Assembly (NCBI GenBank): GCA_017743585.1
Contig: JAGHYP010000001.1
Coordinates: 1 to 52,889, forward strand
Direction of reading: 5' to 3'
DNA: 52,889 nucleotides
Origin: Chloroflexota bacterium
GTDB lineage: Bacteria; Chloroflexota; Anaerolineae; Aggregatilineales; UBA2796
This document shows positions 29,947-39,379 of this stretch, one piece after another. The stretch's first letter is position 1; the number at the start of each line of letters is the position of its first letter. The notes under the pieces are model-generated. The model did not search any database, had not been told where the DNA came from, and saw only the letters and a program-made list of their open reading frames with translations. A program made the translations under genes and the position numbers.

Positions 29947-30743
29947 ACAGCTTAGCGGCGCGGCTACGCAGCTTGCAATTCGAGCGCGCGGATCGCCTGC
30001 CGTTTGCTCTGCTGATCGGCTGGCTGCTGGCAATGATCGGCTTGCCGATCGCGCGTTGGCTGCTCGGCGATTCGGCAACCCCGATTGCTTTGAGCATTGG
30101 CGTGATCTTCCAAGTTGCCGTCGGGCTCGCCTTTTTGCACCAGCGCTGGTCGGCGTTGCGCATCGCGCTCACAGCGCTGAGCGCGATCGCGCTCGGCTGG
30201 ACGATTGAGTGGATCGGACATCGAACAGGTTTTCCGTTCGGCTTCTACAGCTACACAGAGCGTCTGCAGCCGCAGCTAGGCGGCGTGCCGATCTTGATCC
30301 CGCTGGCGTGGCTGATGATGTTGCCGCCGGCTTGGGCGGTCGCTTTCAGCATCACACAGCCTTTGGCGGGGCGACCGCTCATGCGCCGTCTGGCCTTCAT
30401 CGCGGTCAGCGCGCTTGCCTTCACTGCATGGGATTTGTTCCTCGATCCGCTGTTGGTCTCGTGGGACTTTTGGCGCTGGCAGGAGAGAGGCGCGTATTTC
30501 AGCATCCCGCTCAGCAATTATGGCGGCTGGCTGCTGGCTTCAGGGCTGATGACGGCGCTTGCGATGCCGCGCGCTGACCTGCCGCGCCAGCCGTTGCTGT
30601 TTCTGTACGGCGCGACGTGGTTTTTCATGACGGGCGGCGTGATATTCTTCTGGAATTTGCCGAGCGAAGGCGCGGTCGGCTCAGCGGCAATGGGCGGTTT
30701 CCTGCTGGCAGCGCTGTGGCTCGGTCGGGAGCACAAACGATGA
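29943..30743 (+). CDS. cruF: Carotenoid 1,2-hydratase CruF-like (DUF422)
   Basis: E.IG..TGFPFG.YSY, GVP..IPLAW, AWDLFLDP, W.W, IPLSNY.GW; ATGA overlap. Confidence 0.82.
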   Translation: MNSLAARLRSLQFERADRLPFALLIGWLLAMIGLPIARWLLGDSATPIALSIGVIFQVAVGLAFLHQRWSALRIALTALSAIALGWTIEWIGHRTGFPFGFYSYTERLQPQLGGVPILIPLAWLMMLPPAWAVAFSITQPLAGRPLMRRLAFIAVSALAFTAWDLFLDPLLVSWDFWRWQERGAYFSIPLSNYGGWLLASGLMTALAMPRADLPRQPLLFLYGATWFFMTGGVIFFWNLPSEGAVGSAAMGGFLLAALWLGREHKR

Positions 30744-31327
30744 GCTGGCTGTTGTGGAGTGCAATTGGCTTTTTGCTTGGCTCGATGCCATTCTCGGTCT
30801 GGATCGGCAAGCTGGCGCTGCACACCGACATCCGCGCCTATGGCGATCACAACCCTGGCGCAACAAACGTGCTGCGCGCGGGCAGCAAGCGATGGTTCGT
30901 GGTGGCGCTGCTGCTGGATATCTCCAAAGGCGCAGCGCCGGTCGGGCTCGCCCATTGGACGTTCGGCATTCGCGGCACAGAAATTGTGCCAGTGGCGCTG
31001 GCGCCAGTGCTCGGTCATGCGTTCTCGCCGTTTCTGGGCTTCAAGGGCGGCAAGGCGATCGCCACAATGGGCGGCATCTGGATCGGCTTGACGCTGCTGT
31101 ACATACCGATCATCTTGCTCACGCTGCTGGTCTTCTGGTTTTACATGGTCACTGTGAGCGGCTGGTCGGTTATTTTGACAGGGCTGAGCGCCTTGCTGTA
31201 CTTGGTGCTATCAGGCGCAGACCAGAACCTGATTGCAGTGATGAGCGGCTGCTTGCTGATCAGCTTGTATAAGCAGCGGGCCGATCTGGCGTTGCCGCTG
31301 CGCCTGCGCCTTCTGAGGAGAGCGTGA
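30740..31327 (+). CDS. PlsY-family acyltransferase paralogue, candidate carotenoid glycoside acyltransferase
   Basis: GSMPFS, DIRAYGDHNPGATNV, DISKG, GHAFSPFLGFKGGK; ATGA overlap with cruF. Confidence 0.8.
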   Translation: MSWLLWSAIGFLLGSMPFSVWIGKLALHTDIRAYGDHNPGATNVLRAGSKRWFVVALLLDISKGAAPVGLAHWTFGIRGTEIVPVALAPVLGHAFSPFLGFKGGKAIATMGGIWIGLTLLYIPIILLTLLVFWFYMVTVSGWSVILTGLSALLYLVLSGADQNLIAVMSGCLLISLYKQRADLALPLRLRLLRRA

Positions 31328-32457
31328 TGATCGAGGCGCTCGTCGCGTTGATCAGCGGCGGCGCGCTCTTCTTCTTCGGCGTGACGGCGATCAGCAACGT
31401 TTTCTTCTTCCCGCGCCTGAGGCGTCTGACGCCGAGCGAGAGGCCTCATCTTTCAATTTTGATTCCAGCGCGCGATGAAGCGCGTGTGATCGGGGAGACC
31501 GTGCGCAGCCTTTTGGCACAGAGCTACACAAACTTCGAGCTGCTCGTGCTGGATGACAACTCGACCGATGGGACAAGCGAGGCGGCATGTGCCGCAGCGG
31601 CGGGCGACCCGCGCTTACGCATTTTGCGCGGCGCGCCATTGCCTGCGGGGTGGGGCGGCAAGAATTGGGCATGTCATCAGCTGAGCCAAGCGGCGCGCGG
31701 CGAGTGGCTGCTCTTCAGCGATGCAGATGTGCGCTGGCATCCCGAAGCGCTCAGCGCGCTCGTCGCGCACATGGCTCGCACGCGCGCCGATCTGCTGACC
31801 GTCTGGCCAACGCAGCTTGCGCAAACTTGGGCAGAGCGCCTAGTCGTGCCGCTGATGATGTTCGCCATCCTCGCCTACCTGCCGATCATCATGGTTCACC
31901 ACTCGCGCCTGATGATTTTCGCGGCCGCCAATGGGCAGGTTATGTTGTTCAGGCGCGCGGCCTATCAGCAGATCGGCGGTCACGCGGCAGTGCGCAGCAA
32001 AGTGGTCGAGGACGTGACTTTGGCGCGGCGGATCAAGGCGGCAGGGCTGCGCTTGCGGATGTTCGACGGCAATCAGCTGATCAGCTGCCGCATGTATCGC
32101 GGCTGGATGGCTGTGCGCGATGGCTTCGCCAAGAACATCCTCGCTGGGCATGGCGATAGCGTGGCATTCCTGCTCCTCTCGACCGCTCTGCACTGGCTCG
32201 CCTTCGTGGCGCCGTTCGCTTGGCTGCCGCTGAGCGGATTCGCGGCGACTCCTGCGCTGCTATGCGCGGGCGTGATTGCGCTGCGCATGTTGACGGCGGC
32301 GACGTCGCGGCAGCGCTTGTCAGACGCGCTCCTGATGCCGATCTCAGTTGCATTGATGACGCGGATTGCTGCGCAGGCGCTCTATTGGCGGCTGCGCTAC
32401 GGCGGCGTGCAGTGGAAAGGACGCATGTTGCGCGGCGAGGGAGCGAGATATGGCTGA
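31324..32457 (+). CDS. GT2 glycosyltransferase, carotenoid glycosyltransferase CruC/CrtQ-like
   Basis: IPARDE, DDNSTD, GWGGKNWAC, DAD, ANGQ, VED, CRMY, QWKGR; operon context. Confidence 0.85.
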   Translation: MMIEALVALISGGALFFFGVTAISNVFFFPRLRRLTPSERPHLSILIPARDEARVIGETVRSLLAQSYTNFELLVLDDNSTDGTSEAACAAAAGDPRLRILRGAPLPAGWGGKNWACHQLSQAARGEWLLFSDADVRWHPEALSALVAHMARTRADLLTVWPTQLAQTWAERLVVPLMMFAILAYLPIIMVHHSRLMIFAAANGQVMLFRRAAYQQIGGHAAVRSKVVEDVTLARRIKAAGLRLRMFDGNQLISCRMYRGWMAVRDGFAKNILAGHGDSVAFLLLSTALHWLAFVAPFAWLPLSGFAATPALLCAGVIALRMLTAATSRQRLSDALLMPISVALMTRIAAQALYWRLRYGGVQWKGRMLRGEGARYG

Positions 32458-33946
32458 GCCAATCGCGATCGTCGGCGGCGGCATCGGCGGCTTGAGCGCA
32501 GCCATTCATCTGGCGGCGGCGGGCGAGCGCGTGATCGTGTTCGAGCAGAATGCGCAGGTCGGCGGCAAGATGAGCGAGTTGCGCGCCGAAGGGTTTCGCT
32601 GGGATACCGGCCCCTCAGTCATCACCATGCCGCACGTCTTCGAGGCGCTCTTCGCGGCGGCGGGCAAGCGCATGGCCGACTATCTGACGTTGCTGCCTGC
32701 CGAGCCGCTCACACGCTATTTCTATCGCGATGGCACAGTGCTGGACGCTACAAGGGACTTGCCGCGCATGATCGCTCAGATCGAGCAGATCGAGCGGCGC
32801 GACGTAGAGGGCTACTTGGCGTATTTGGCGTATGCGGCGCGCTTGCATCGCATCACAGGCGAGGTGTTCATCTACGATACGCCGCCGACGCCCGCCAGCC
32901 TGTTCAAAGTGCCGCTGCGCGATGCGTTGCGCGTGGACGCCATGCGCTCGATGGATGCCGCCATTCGCAGCTTTGTGCGCTCGCCGCACCTGCGGCAATT
33001 GCTGGGCAGATTCGCCACATACGTCGGCGCCAGTCCATACCGCGCCCCCGCCACGCTGAATGTGATCGGGCACGTGGAGCTGAATGGTGGCGTCTACTAT
33101 CCGCGCGGCGGCGTCTACGCGATTGCGCGCGCAATGGCGCGCCTCGCAACGGAGCTCGGCGTCGAGATTCGGACGAGCTGCGCAGTCGAGCGCATTTTGG
33201 TGAAGAATCGACGCGTGAGCGGCGTGCAGGTTGGCGGCGAGCGCATGAGCGCCAAGGCAGTCGTCGCCAATGTGGACGTGGCGACGGTCTATGAGAAACT
33301 CCTGCCTGCTGAGGCGGTCAACGCGGCGCGCTTGAGGCGCCTGCTGCGCGCAGAGCCATCCTGCTCAGGCTATGTGCTGCTGCTCAGCGTGCAAGGTGCG
33401 CATGAGCGCCTTGCGCACCACAACGTCTTTTTCACGGATGACTACCGCGCCGAGTTCGCCGATATTTTTGAGCGCGGTGTGACGCCGAGCGATCCGACTG
33501 TTTATGTTGCGATCACCTCGAAGAGCGACCCAGAAGACGCGCCTGCGGGCATGGAGAATTGGTTTGTACTGGTCAACGCGCCTGCGCTGAGCGAGCGCTA
33601 CGATTGGACGCGCGATGCGCCGCGCTACCGCGATCGCGTGTTGGCGGCGCTTGCCAAATTCGGCATTGTGCCGCACATCCGCGCTGAATATCAGTTGACG
33701 CCAGCCGATATCGCGCGCTTGACAGGCGCGCGGCGCGGCGCGCTCTATGGCACGTCTTCGAACACGCCTCTCGCAGCGTTTCTGCGCCCGCACAACCGCG
33801 CGCGCGACGTGCGCGGGCTATATTTCGCGGGCGGCACAGCGCACCCCGGCGGCGGAGTGCCAATGGTGACGCTCAGCGGCGGCGTGGCAGCGCGCCTGCT
33901 CTTAGCCGATCTGGGCAAACGCGCACAAGTGCCGACTCAGGCTTGA
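32450..33946 (+). CDS. Second CrtI-family oxidoreductase, probably 1-hydroxycarotenoid 3,4-desaturase (CrtD-like)
   Basis: GGGIGG, DTGPS, RFATYVGASPY.APAT, GALYGTSSN...AFLR, HPGGGVPMV. Family is secure, exact activity is not. Confidence 0.75.
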   Translation: MAEPIAIVGGGIGGLSAAIHLAAAGERVIVFEQNAQVGGKMSELRAEGFRWDTGPSVITMPHVFEALFAAAGKRMADYLTLLPAEPLTRYFYRDGTVLDATRDLPRMIAQIEQIERRDVEGYLAYLAYAARLHRITGEVFIYDTPPTPASLFKVPLRDALRVDAMRSMDAAIRSFVRSPHLRQLLGRFATYVGASPYRAPATLNVIGHVELNGGVYYPRGGVYAIARAMARLATELGVEIRTSCAVERILVKNRRVSGVQVGGERMSAKAVVANVDVATVYEKLLPAEAVNAARLRRLLRAEPSCSGYVLLLSVQGAHERLAHHNVFFTDDYRAEFADIFERGVTPSDPTVYVAITSKSDPEDAPAGMENWFVLVNAPALSERYDWTRDAPRYRDRVLAALAKFGIVPHIRAEYQLTPADIARLTGARRGALYGTSSNTPLAAFLRPHNRARDVRGLYFAGGTAHPGGGVPMVTLSGGVAARLLLADLGKRAQVPTQA

Positions 33947-34227
33947 CCAGACTGCAATAGCACTGTAGGAGCAGGCGCTGTGGCAGCTATCACCTGCGCC
34001 TCTCTTATCGCGCCAATCCGATTCGGCCTTCCCCCTTGACCTTGACAGCTTGTGACGGCAACGCCTGCCCGCGGGCCGACAGGCCGGCACTGCAGCGCTC
34101 GGCCAAGCTGCGCGAAATTCGGCGCGGTTAAGCGTATGCCACGCTTCAAAGCCAGTGCGCAGTTGCCATTCAGCACGCGATATGACGAAAATTTGCTCAG
34201 CGTAGAGCTGAGGAATTACGCCTGCCC

Positions 34228-35676
34228 ATGACACGCCTGATCTGGTGGTTGCGCCGCGACCTGCGCCTGAACGATAACGCGGCGCTGCACTATGCGCTCA
34301 CTCACGCTGAGCATGTGATTCCAGTCTTCATCTTGGACGCGACCTTGCTGAACGCGGAGCGGCTGCGCGGCGCGCGCCTCGCATGGCTTTTCGACGGCCT
34401 GCGCGCGCTCGACTCTGATCTAGCGCGCTACGGCGCGCGTCTGATCGTCCGCGAAGGCGCGCCTGCCGATATGCTGCCCGCGTTGTGCGCGGAGATCGGC
34501 GCGGAAGGCGTCGTCTTCAACCGCGACTACAGCCCGTATGCCGTGAAGCGCGATTCAGCTGTGCAGAAGGCGCTGCGCGAGCGCGGCTTGCTTGCGCACA
34601 GCTGCGCCGATCTGCTCATTCACGAGCCACACGAAGTGCCGAGCAAGAGCGGCAAGCCGTATGACGTCTATTCGCCCTTCCGCCGCGCATGGGAGGCCTT
34701 GCCCAAGCCTGAGCCGTACGTCATCACAGACGCGCTGCGCGCCAAATTGCGGCTGCCTGACGATCTGGCCCACTTGCCGAGCGCGCCGATTCCAACTGGC
34801 GCTCAACCCGCGCCGCAGCCGATCGGCGCGCCGGGCGAAGCGGAAGCGTTGCGGCGGCTCGATGCCTTCATAGCCGCGCCGATCTATCGCTACCACGAGC
34901 GGCGCGATCTGCACGGCGAAGACGGCACTTCTGCGCTCAGCCCTTACCTGCGCTTCGGCATGATCAGCGCGCGCACGTGCTACCATGCGGCGCTCAAGGC
35001 GCGTGCCGCCGCGCCGGATGAATCAGCGCGCAAAGGCGTGGATGTGTGGATCAGCGAGCTGGTCTGGCGAGAGTTTAACTATCAAGTGCTGGCGCGCTAT
35101 CCACACAGCGCGCGCCGCAATCTGCGCCCCGCCCATGACGCCATTCAGTGGGAAGATAATCCTGCCTATCTCGCCGCTTGGCGCGAAGGTCGGACGGGCT
35201 ATCCAGTAGTGGACGCGGCGATTCGTCAGTTGCTGCAGACGGGCTGGATTCACAATCGGGCGCGCATGATCGTCGCCTCATTCTTGTGTAAAGATTTGCT
35301 GTGCGATTGGCGGCACGGCGAGCGCTTCTTCATGCAGCATCTGTTGGATGGCGACGTGGCGAACAACGTCGGCGGCTGGCAATGGACAGCTGGGACAGGC
35401 ACAGATGCTGCGCCCTACTTCCGCATTTTCAACCCGATTGCGCAATCCGAGAAATTCGATCCGCAGGGCAATTACATTCGGCGATGGCTGCCTGAGCTGG
35501 CGAATCTACCTGCCAAGTTCATCCACGCGCCGTTCACGATGAGCGCCGCTGAGCAACGGCACTTCGGCGTGCTGATCGGGCGCGACTACCCGCCGCCGAT
35601 AGTGGATCATGAGATGCAACGCGAGAAAGCGTTGCGCATGTACGCCGCTGCTAGGCAAAAGCGCGATAGCGCCTGA
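34228..35676 (+). CDS. phrB: Deoxyribodipyrimidine (CPD) photolyase
   Basis: WLRRDLRL.DN, TSALSPYLRFG, ELVWREF, GRTGYP, HNRARMIVASFL, DGD.ANN.GGWQW, RIFNP. Confidence 0.93.
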   Translation: MTRLIWWLRRDLRLNDNAALHYALTHAEHVIPVFILDATLLNAERLRGARLAWLFDGLRALDSDLARYGARLIVREGAPADMLPALCAEIGAEGVVFNRDYSPYAVKRDSAVQKALRERGLLAHSCADLLIHEPHEVPSKSGKPYDVYSPFRRAWEALPKPEPYVITDALRAKLRLPDDLAHLPSAPIPTGAQPAPQPIGAPGEAEALRRLDAFIAAPIYRYHERRDLHGEDGTSALSPYLRFGMISARTCYHAALKARAAAPDESARKGVDVWISELVWREFNYQVLARYPHSARRNLRPAHDAIQWEDNPAYLAAWREGRTGYPVVDAAIRQLLQTGWIHNRARMIVASFLCKDLLCDWRHGERFFMQHLLDGDVANNVGGWQWTAGTGTDAAPYFRIFNPIAQSEKFDPQGNYIRRWLPELANLPAKFIHAPFTMSAAEQRHFGVLIGRDYPPPIVDHEMQREKALRMYAAARQKRDSA

Positions 35677-35717
35677 GCTGCAGAGCAGATGCTGAGGCGC
35701 GCAGAGCGCGACGCACC

Positions 35718-37514
35718 TCAGTGTGGCGGATAGTAAGGCGCGCGCGCCGCCTCTTCGCTCAGCTCAAGCACAAAACGCGGCTCGATCCACATCGCGCGGT
35801 CGTTGTAGGATGCGTCAGACGTCTCTGTCTCAAGAATGATCATCAGGAGATTGCGCTGATTCATGAACGGCGCAAGGCTGACGCGAATTGGCACAGGCTC
35901 GCGCTGCGTGCGCGGATCGAAGTGCTGCTCGAAGAGCAGCTTGCGCTCTTGAAGCCATAATTGCCCATAGATTCGGAAGGTGACGCCTTCGGAGGGTTGC
36001 TCGCCAGGCGCGACGTATAACGACGCTGCAAGGTAGGCAGGCGCCGTGATGTGCTGAAACCAAACCGTCCAATCTTGCATGGCAGGCGGCTGCTGCAACA
36101 GGACGTTATGGCGCTCGCCGTTGATTTCCCACGTTGTGAAGCGCGTCTCGGGCGAGCGCCCAGATGGCCAGCCATCGCCGATGAACTGAAGCGGCACTGC
36201 TACCTCCCCAAAGCGCGGCACAACAGGCGGCTCTTGGGCAAATATGCTAAGTCGCCGCACAGCCAGCTGATCGGCGCGCACCAACACTGGCAGCAAATTG
36301 CTCCTGCCTGCCGCTAGATCTTTTGCACAGTTAAGGTCGCGCGTGACAGGCAGCTCGCGCAGACACGCCCTGCGCGCCATGTAATCTGGCAGACGAACTA
36401 GGACGAGACTCGCTAGGAAGACTGCGCTCAAGCCGATGCCTGCCAGTGCATTCAGACGATATAGCCATCGCACAGATGGTTGCCGCCATAGCAGCAAATT
36501 GCTCGCGCTGACCACCAATAGGGCAACCCAAAACGGCACGCCATTGGTCACATAGCGTGCGTTGAGTGGAAAGGCTGAAACGCCATCGAAGAAGATCCAG
36601 CGTGCATAGGCTGTCATGAAGGCTGAGAGTACGCTGAACGCCGCCAAGCCTGCCCAGCTCGCAAGCCATTCAGGGCGACGGCGCAAAAGTAGCGCGTTGA
36701 ATGCAAACATCAGCAGACCTAGGATGCCGACTGGTGTGCCGGCAATTAGATGCATCACTGGCGCGAGCGGGGCGCTTAGGAAGGCGACTGTGAAATGCGC
36801 GATCAATCCAAGTTGGTTCAACGAAGGTGGCGAGCCGGGGCGTGTACTTACAACAAAGCGCACAATCATGATTGTGCTGATCACAAACCAAACGGCGTAG
36901 TGCTGCCAACGCCGATAGCCGCGCAGCCAGAGCGTGATCACAGGCGGCAGCCAGAACATCGGCGCTGCGCCGAGCCCAATAGAGCCAAGTACGCCGATGA
37001 AAGCCGCCAGCAGCAGCGGTCGCCAGCCAATCGCCGTTACTTGGATTATCAATAGCACGGCTACCACGCACAACGTGAAGGCAAAATAGTTGTTTTGAAA
37101 GCCAACAAGCCAGTTGATCGCCTGTTTGGGCGTGAAGATGAGCGCGCTCAGCGGCAGCGCAAGCCACAGCGCTAGGCGCCGATCTTGCCGCCAGACAAGC
37201 CATAGGACGCTTGCTAGGATAAGCCCGTTCATCAGCAAACTGAGTAGCATGTCAAATTGAAGGTTGTAGCGTGTTAGCGGCGTGTGCAAAGCGACCATCA
37301 GCTTGGTGAACAGATGTGGATGCTCGTAGACTGGCGTGAGAAGTTGGCCAAGCGTGAGCGTTCCATCGTGGACAGCAATGGCAGTCAATGCAGAGTCGAA
37401 CCACTCTTCGATGTATGGACTATTAGTGCTGTATGTCAGCATAATGTGGACAGCGTTCAAGATTGGCAAGATCGCTAGCGCTGCCCAAAGCGTCAGCCAA
37501 CGATTGACTCGCAC
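35718..37514 (-). CDS. Polytopic membrane protein (GT-C-like) with a soluble C-terminal beta domain
   Basis: About 11 hydrophobic segments with an early acidic EEW loop; C-terminal SEGVTF...IILET...AMWIEP resembles carbohydrate-binding jelly-roll domains; AGAAGGGAG SD. Confidence 0.6.
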   Translation of the reverse strand: MRVNRWLTLWAALAILPILNAVHIMLTYSTNSPYIEEWFDSALTAIAVHDGTLTLGQLLTPVYEHPHLFTKLMVALHTPLTRYNLQFDMLLSLLMNGLILASVLWLVWRQDRRLALWLALPLSALIFTPKQAINWLVGFQNNYFAFTLCVVAVLLIIQVTAIGWRPLLLAAFIGVLGSIGLGAAPMFWLPPVITLWLRGYRRWQHYAVWFVISTIMIVRFVVSTRPGSPPSLNQLGLIAHFTVAFLSAPLAPVMHLIAGTPVGILGLLMFAFNALLLRRRPEWLASWAGLAAFSVLSAFMTAYARWIFFDGVSAFPLNARYVTNGVPFWVALLVVSASNLLLWRQPSVRWLYRLNALAGIGLSAVFLASLVLVRLPDYMARRACLRELPVTRDLNCAKDLAAGRSNLLPVLVRADQLAVRRLSIFAQEPPVVPRFGEVAVPLQFIGDGWPSGRSPETRFTTWEINGERHNVLLQQPPAMQDWTVWFQHITAPAYLAASLYVAPGEQPSEGVTFRIYGQLWLQERKLLFEQHFDPRTQREPVPIRVSLAPFMNQRNLLMIILETETSDASYNDRAMWIEPRFVLELSEEAARAPYYPPH

Positions 37515-37532
37515 GCTTCATTCTCCCTTCTA

Positions 37533-39146
37533 CTAGGATGAGCTCGAGATACGCGGCTCGCTACCGCGCACCCACTGATTGAAGATCGCGGACAGATCGC
37601 GCTTGGCGACGTCTTCGAAGGCGCGCTGTACATCATCTGTGACCGCGATGCCGTATTTGTGTCGCTTGAAGTACTCTGCGATTGCCGCGTAGACTGTCTC
37701 GCGCCCAAGCAGTTGCTCTAGCGCCACGTAGAAGAGCGGACCTTTGGTGTAGATGATCGCGCCATAAGCAATGCCCGTGTAACTGCGCACGGGCAGCTCG
37801 AGCGGCAGGTCAGGCAGGCCGCGCTTGAGATAGGCCGTGTAGCGCTGCTGGAAATTATCCACATACGCCTCGCCGACCTTTGGATCGGCGTAGGCGGCGC
37901 GGAAGTAGACGAACTCGGCGTAACTCGTCAGCGACTCGTCAATCCACGGCAAGCTCACCTGATTGTTGCCAACGAGCGCGTAAAACCACTGATGTCCGAT
38001 CTCATGCGCGATCACCACTTCGAGGAATCGATTGCCCTGCACCCAAGCGCGCTCAGCAATTTGAACGATGCCGGGAAACTCCACGCCGCTTGGCGTTGGA
38101 TTTTGCGCCACGACCAGCTCAGCATAAGGATACTCGCCAAACGTGGCGTTGAAGATCGTGAGCGCCTGCACTGCGTATTGCATGGCGACCTTCGTGCCGT
38201 CGGTCGGCTGCTCGGCGCAATCTTTGTAGTGCAGCATCACGATGCGCGTGCCATCGGCTTCGGTCTCCGTGATCATGTAGCGTCGGCTCGCTTGAAAAGC
38301 GTGATCTCGCATCGGACCGGTCACGTCGCGGTAGGTGATCGTGCCGTCGCCGTTGTGCCTCGTCTCGATGATCACGCCGCTTGTTGCCACCACCAAATCC
38401 GAAGGCAAGGTCAGGCGCACGTCGTATAAGCCTATCTCAGTGTAGGCAGGATCGCCTTGCGGCGATGGCAAGTCCGTCCACCACCCTACGTTCGGCTCGT
38501 ACACTGAGAGCGTGGGATACCAGGCCGTGGCGGAGACGACGTCGTTGACGTAGCCGAAGCGACCGTAGCTGGTGTTCAAACCGCGTGTCATGACGAGCGT
38601 GAAATCGAGGCGCAGCTCGACCGATTCGCCTGCCTGCAGCGGCACAGGCAACGGCACTCCCAACACTGAGCGCAGGTTTGAGAGGCTCGGCTCAACTTTT
38701 GTGCCATTCACCTCAACGTGATGAACGGTCATGCGCCCGCCGAGCGCAGGCGTGTTCGGATACAGGCGGAAGACGATCAGATCGAGCGCCTCGCCCGTGC
38801 GATTGGTGAAGCGCACGCGCTGCGCGCCGCGAAAGACGGCGTCAGGCTCAAAACGCAAGCTGGCGACGATGAAATAGCGGTTGGCGTTCACAAATCGATC
38901 CACGTCATCGGCGAAGGCAGGTTTCATCGCCTTCTTGTGCGCGCTCACGTCCTGCCAGTCAACTTCAGGCAGATCGAGCAGCGGCGGCGCAGGGACAGTC
39001 GTCGGCGTGGTGAGCGGGACGGCAGTCTCGGTCGGCTGCAAAGTTGGCCGTGCGCTGAGGGCGCGCTCAGGGGCGGATAAGCTGAGTGCGCTGAGCAGCA
39101 ACGCGCCCAGCAGCGCGAGCGCGACAAGGCGAAGAAGCGTTTTCAT
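37533..39146 (-). CDS. Secreted M1 family metallo-aminopeptidase
   Basis: Signal peptide and Pro/Thr linker, SGVEFPG, HEIGHQW...W.DE zinc motif, YTKG. ATG at 39146. Confidence 0.9.
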   Translation of the reverse strand: MKTLLRLVALALLGALLLSALSLSAPERALSARPTLQPTETAVPLTTPTTVPAPPLLDLPEVDWQDVSAHKKAMKPAFADDVDRFVNANRYFIVASLRFEPDAVFRGAQRVRFTNRTGEALDLIVFRLYPNTPALGGRMTVHHVEVNGTKVEPSLSNLRSVLGVPLPVPLQAGESVELRLDFTLVMTRGLNTSYGRFGYVNDVVSATAWYPTLSVYEPNVGWWTDLPSPQGDPAYTEIGLYDVRLTLPSDLVVATSGVIIETRHNGDGTITYRDVTGPMRDHAFQASRRYMITETEADGTRIVMLHYKDCAEQPTDGTKVAMQYAVQALTIFNATFGEYPYAELVVAQNPTPSGVEFPGIVQIAERAWVQGNRFLEVVIAHEIGHQWFYALVGNNQVSLPWIDESLTSYAEFVYFRAAYADPKVGEAYVDNFQQRYTAYLKRGLPDLPLELPVRSYTGIAYGAIIYTKGPLFYVALEQLLGRETVYAAIAEYFKRHKYGIAVTDDVQRAFEDVAKRDLSAIFNQWVRGSEPRISSSS

Positions 39147-39379
39147 GTGGCGATCCTGCGCTATTACAGAATGCAGGGCGTGAATTGTAGCGCTCCTGCG
39201 CGCCTCAGCAAAACCAATCGCGCAGGTCGCGCCAGTGGCACGGCGCTTGGCGTTCAATGGGCAGCCGATGAGAGCGGCGCGTGAGCAAGCCTGCGCCGTC
39301 AACCGACTCAGGCGGTGCGTCAAGCATCTCGTAGCACAACATAATCATGAGGCGCGGCAGCCATGCTTGCGCGCTCATC

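Noticed and set aside
33947-34227. Possible ncRNA or promoter between the crtD-like gene and the photolyase (TTGACCTTGACA)
   Set aside because: No correctly spaced -10 and no RNA family I could recognise.
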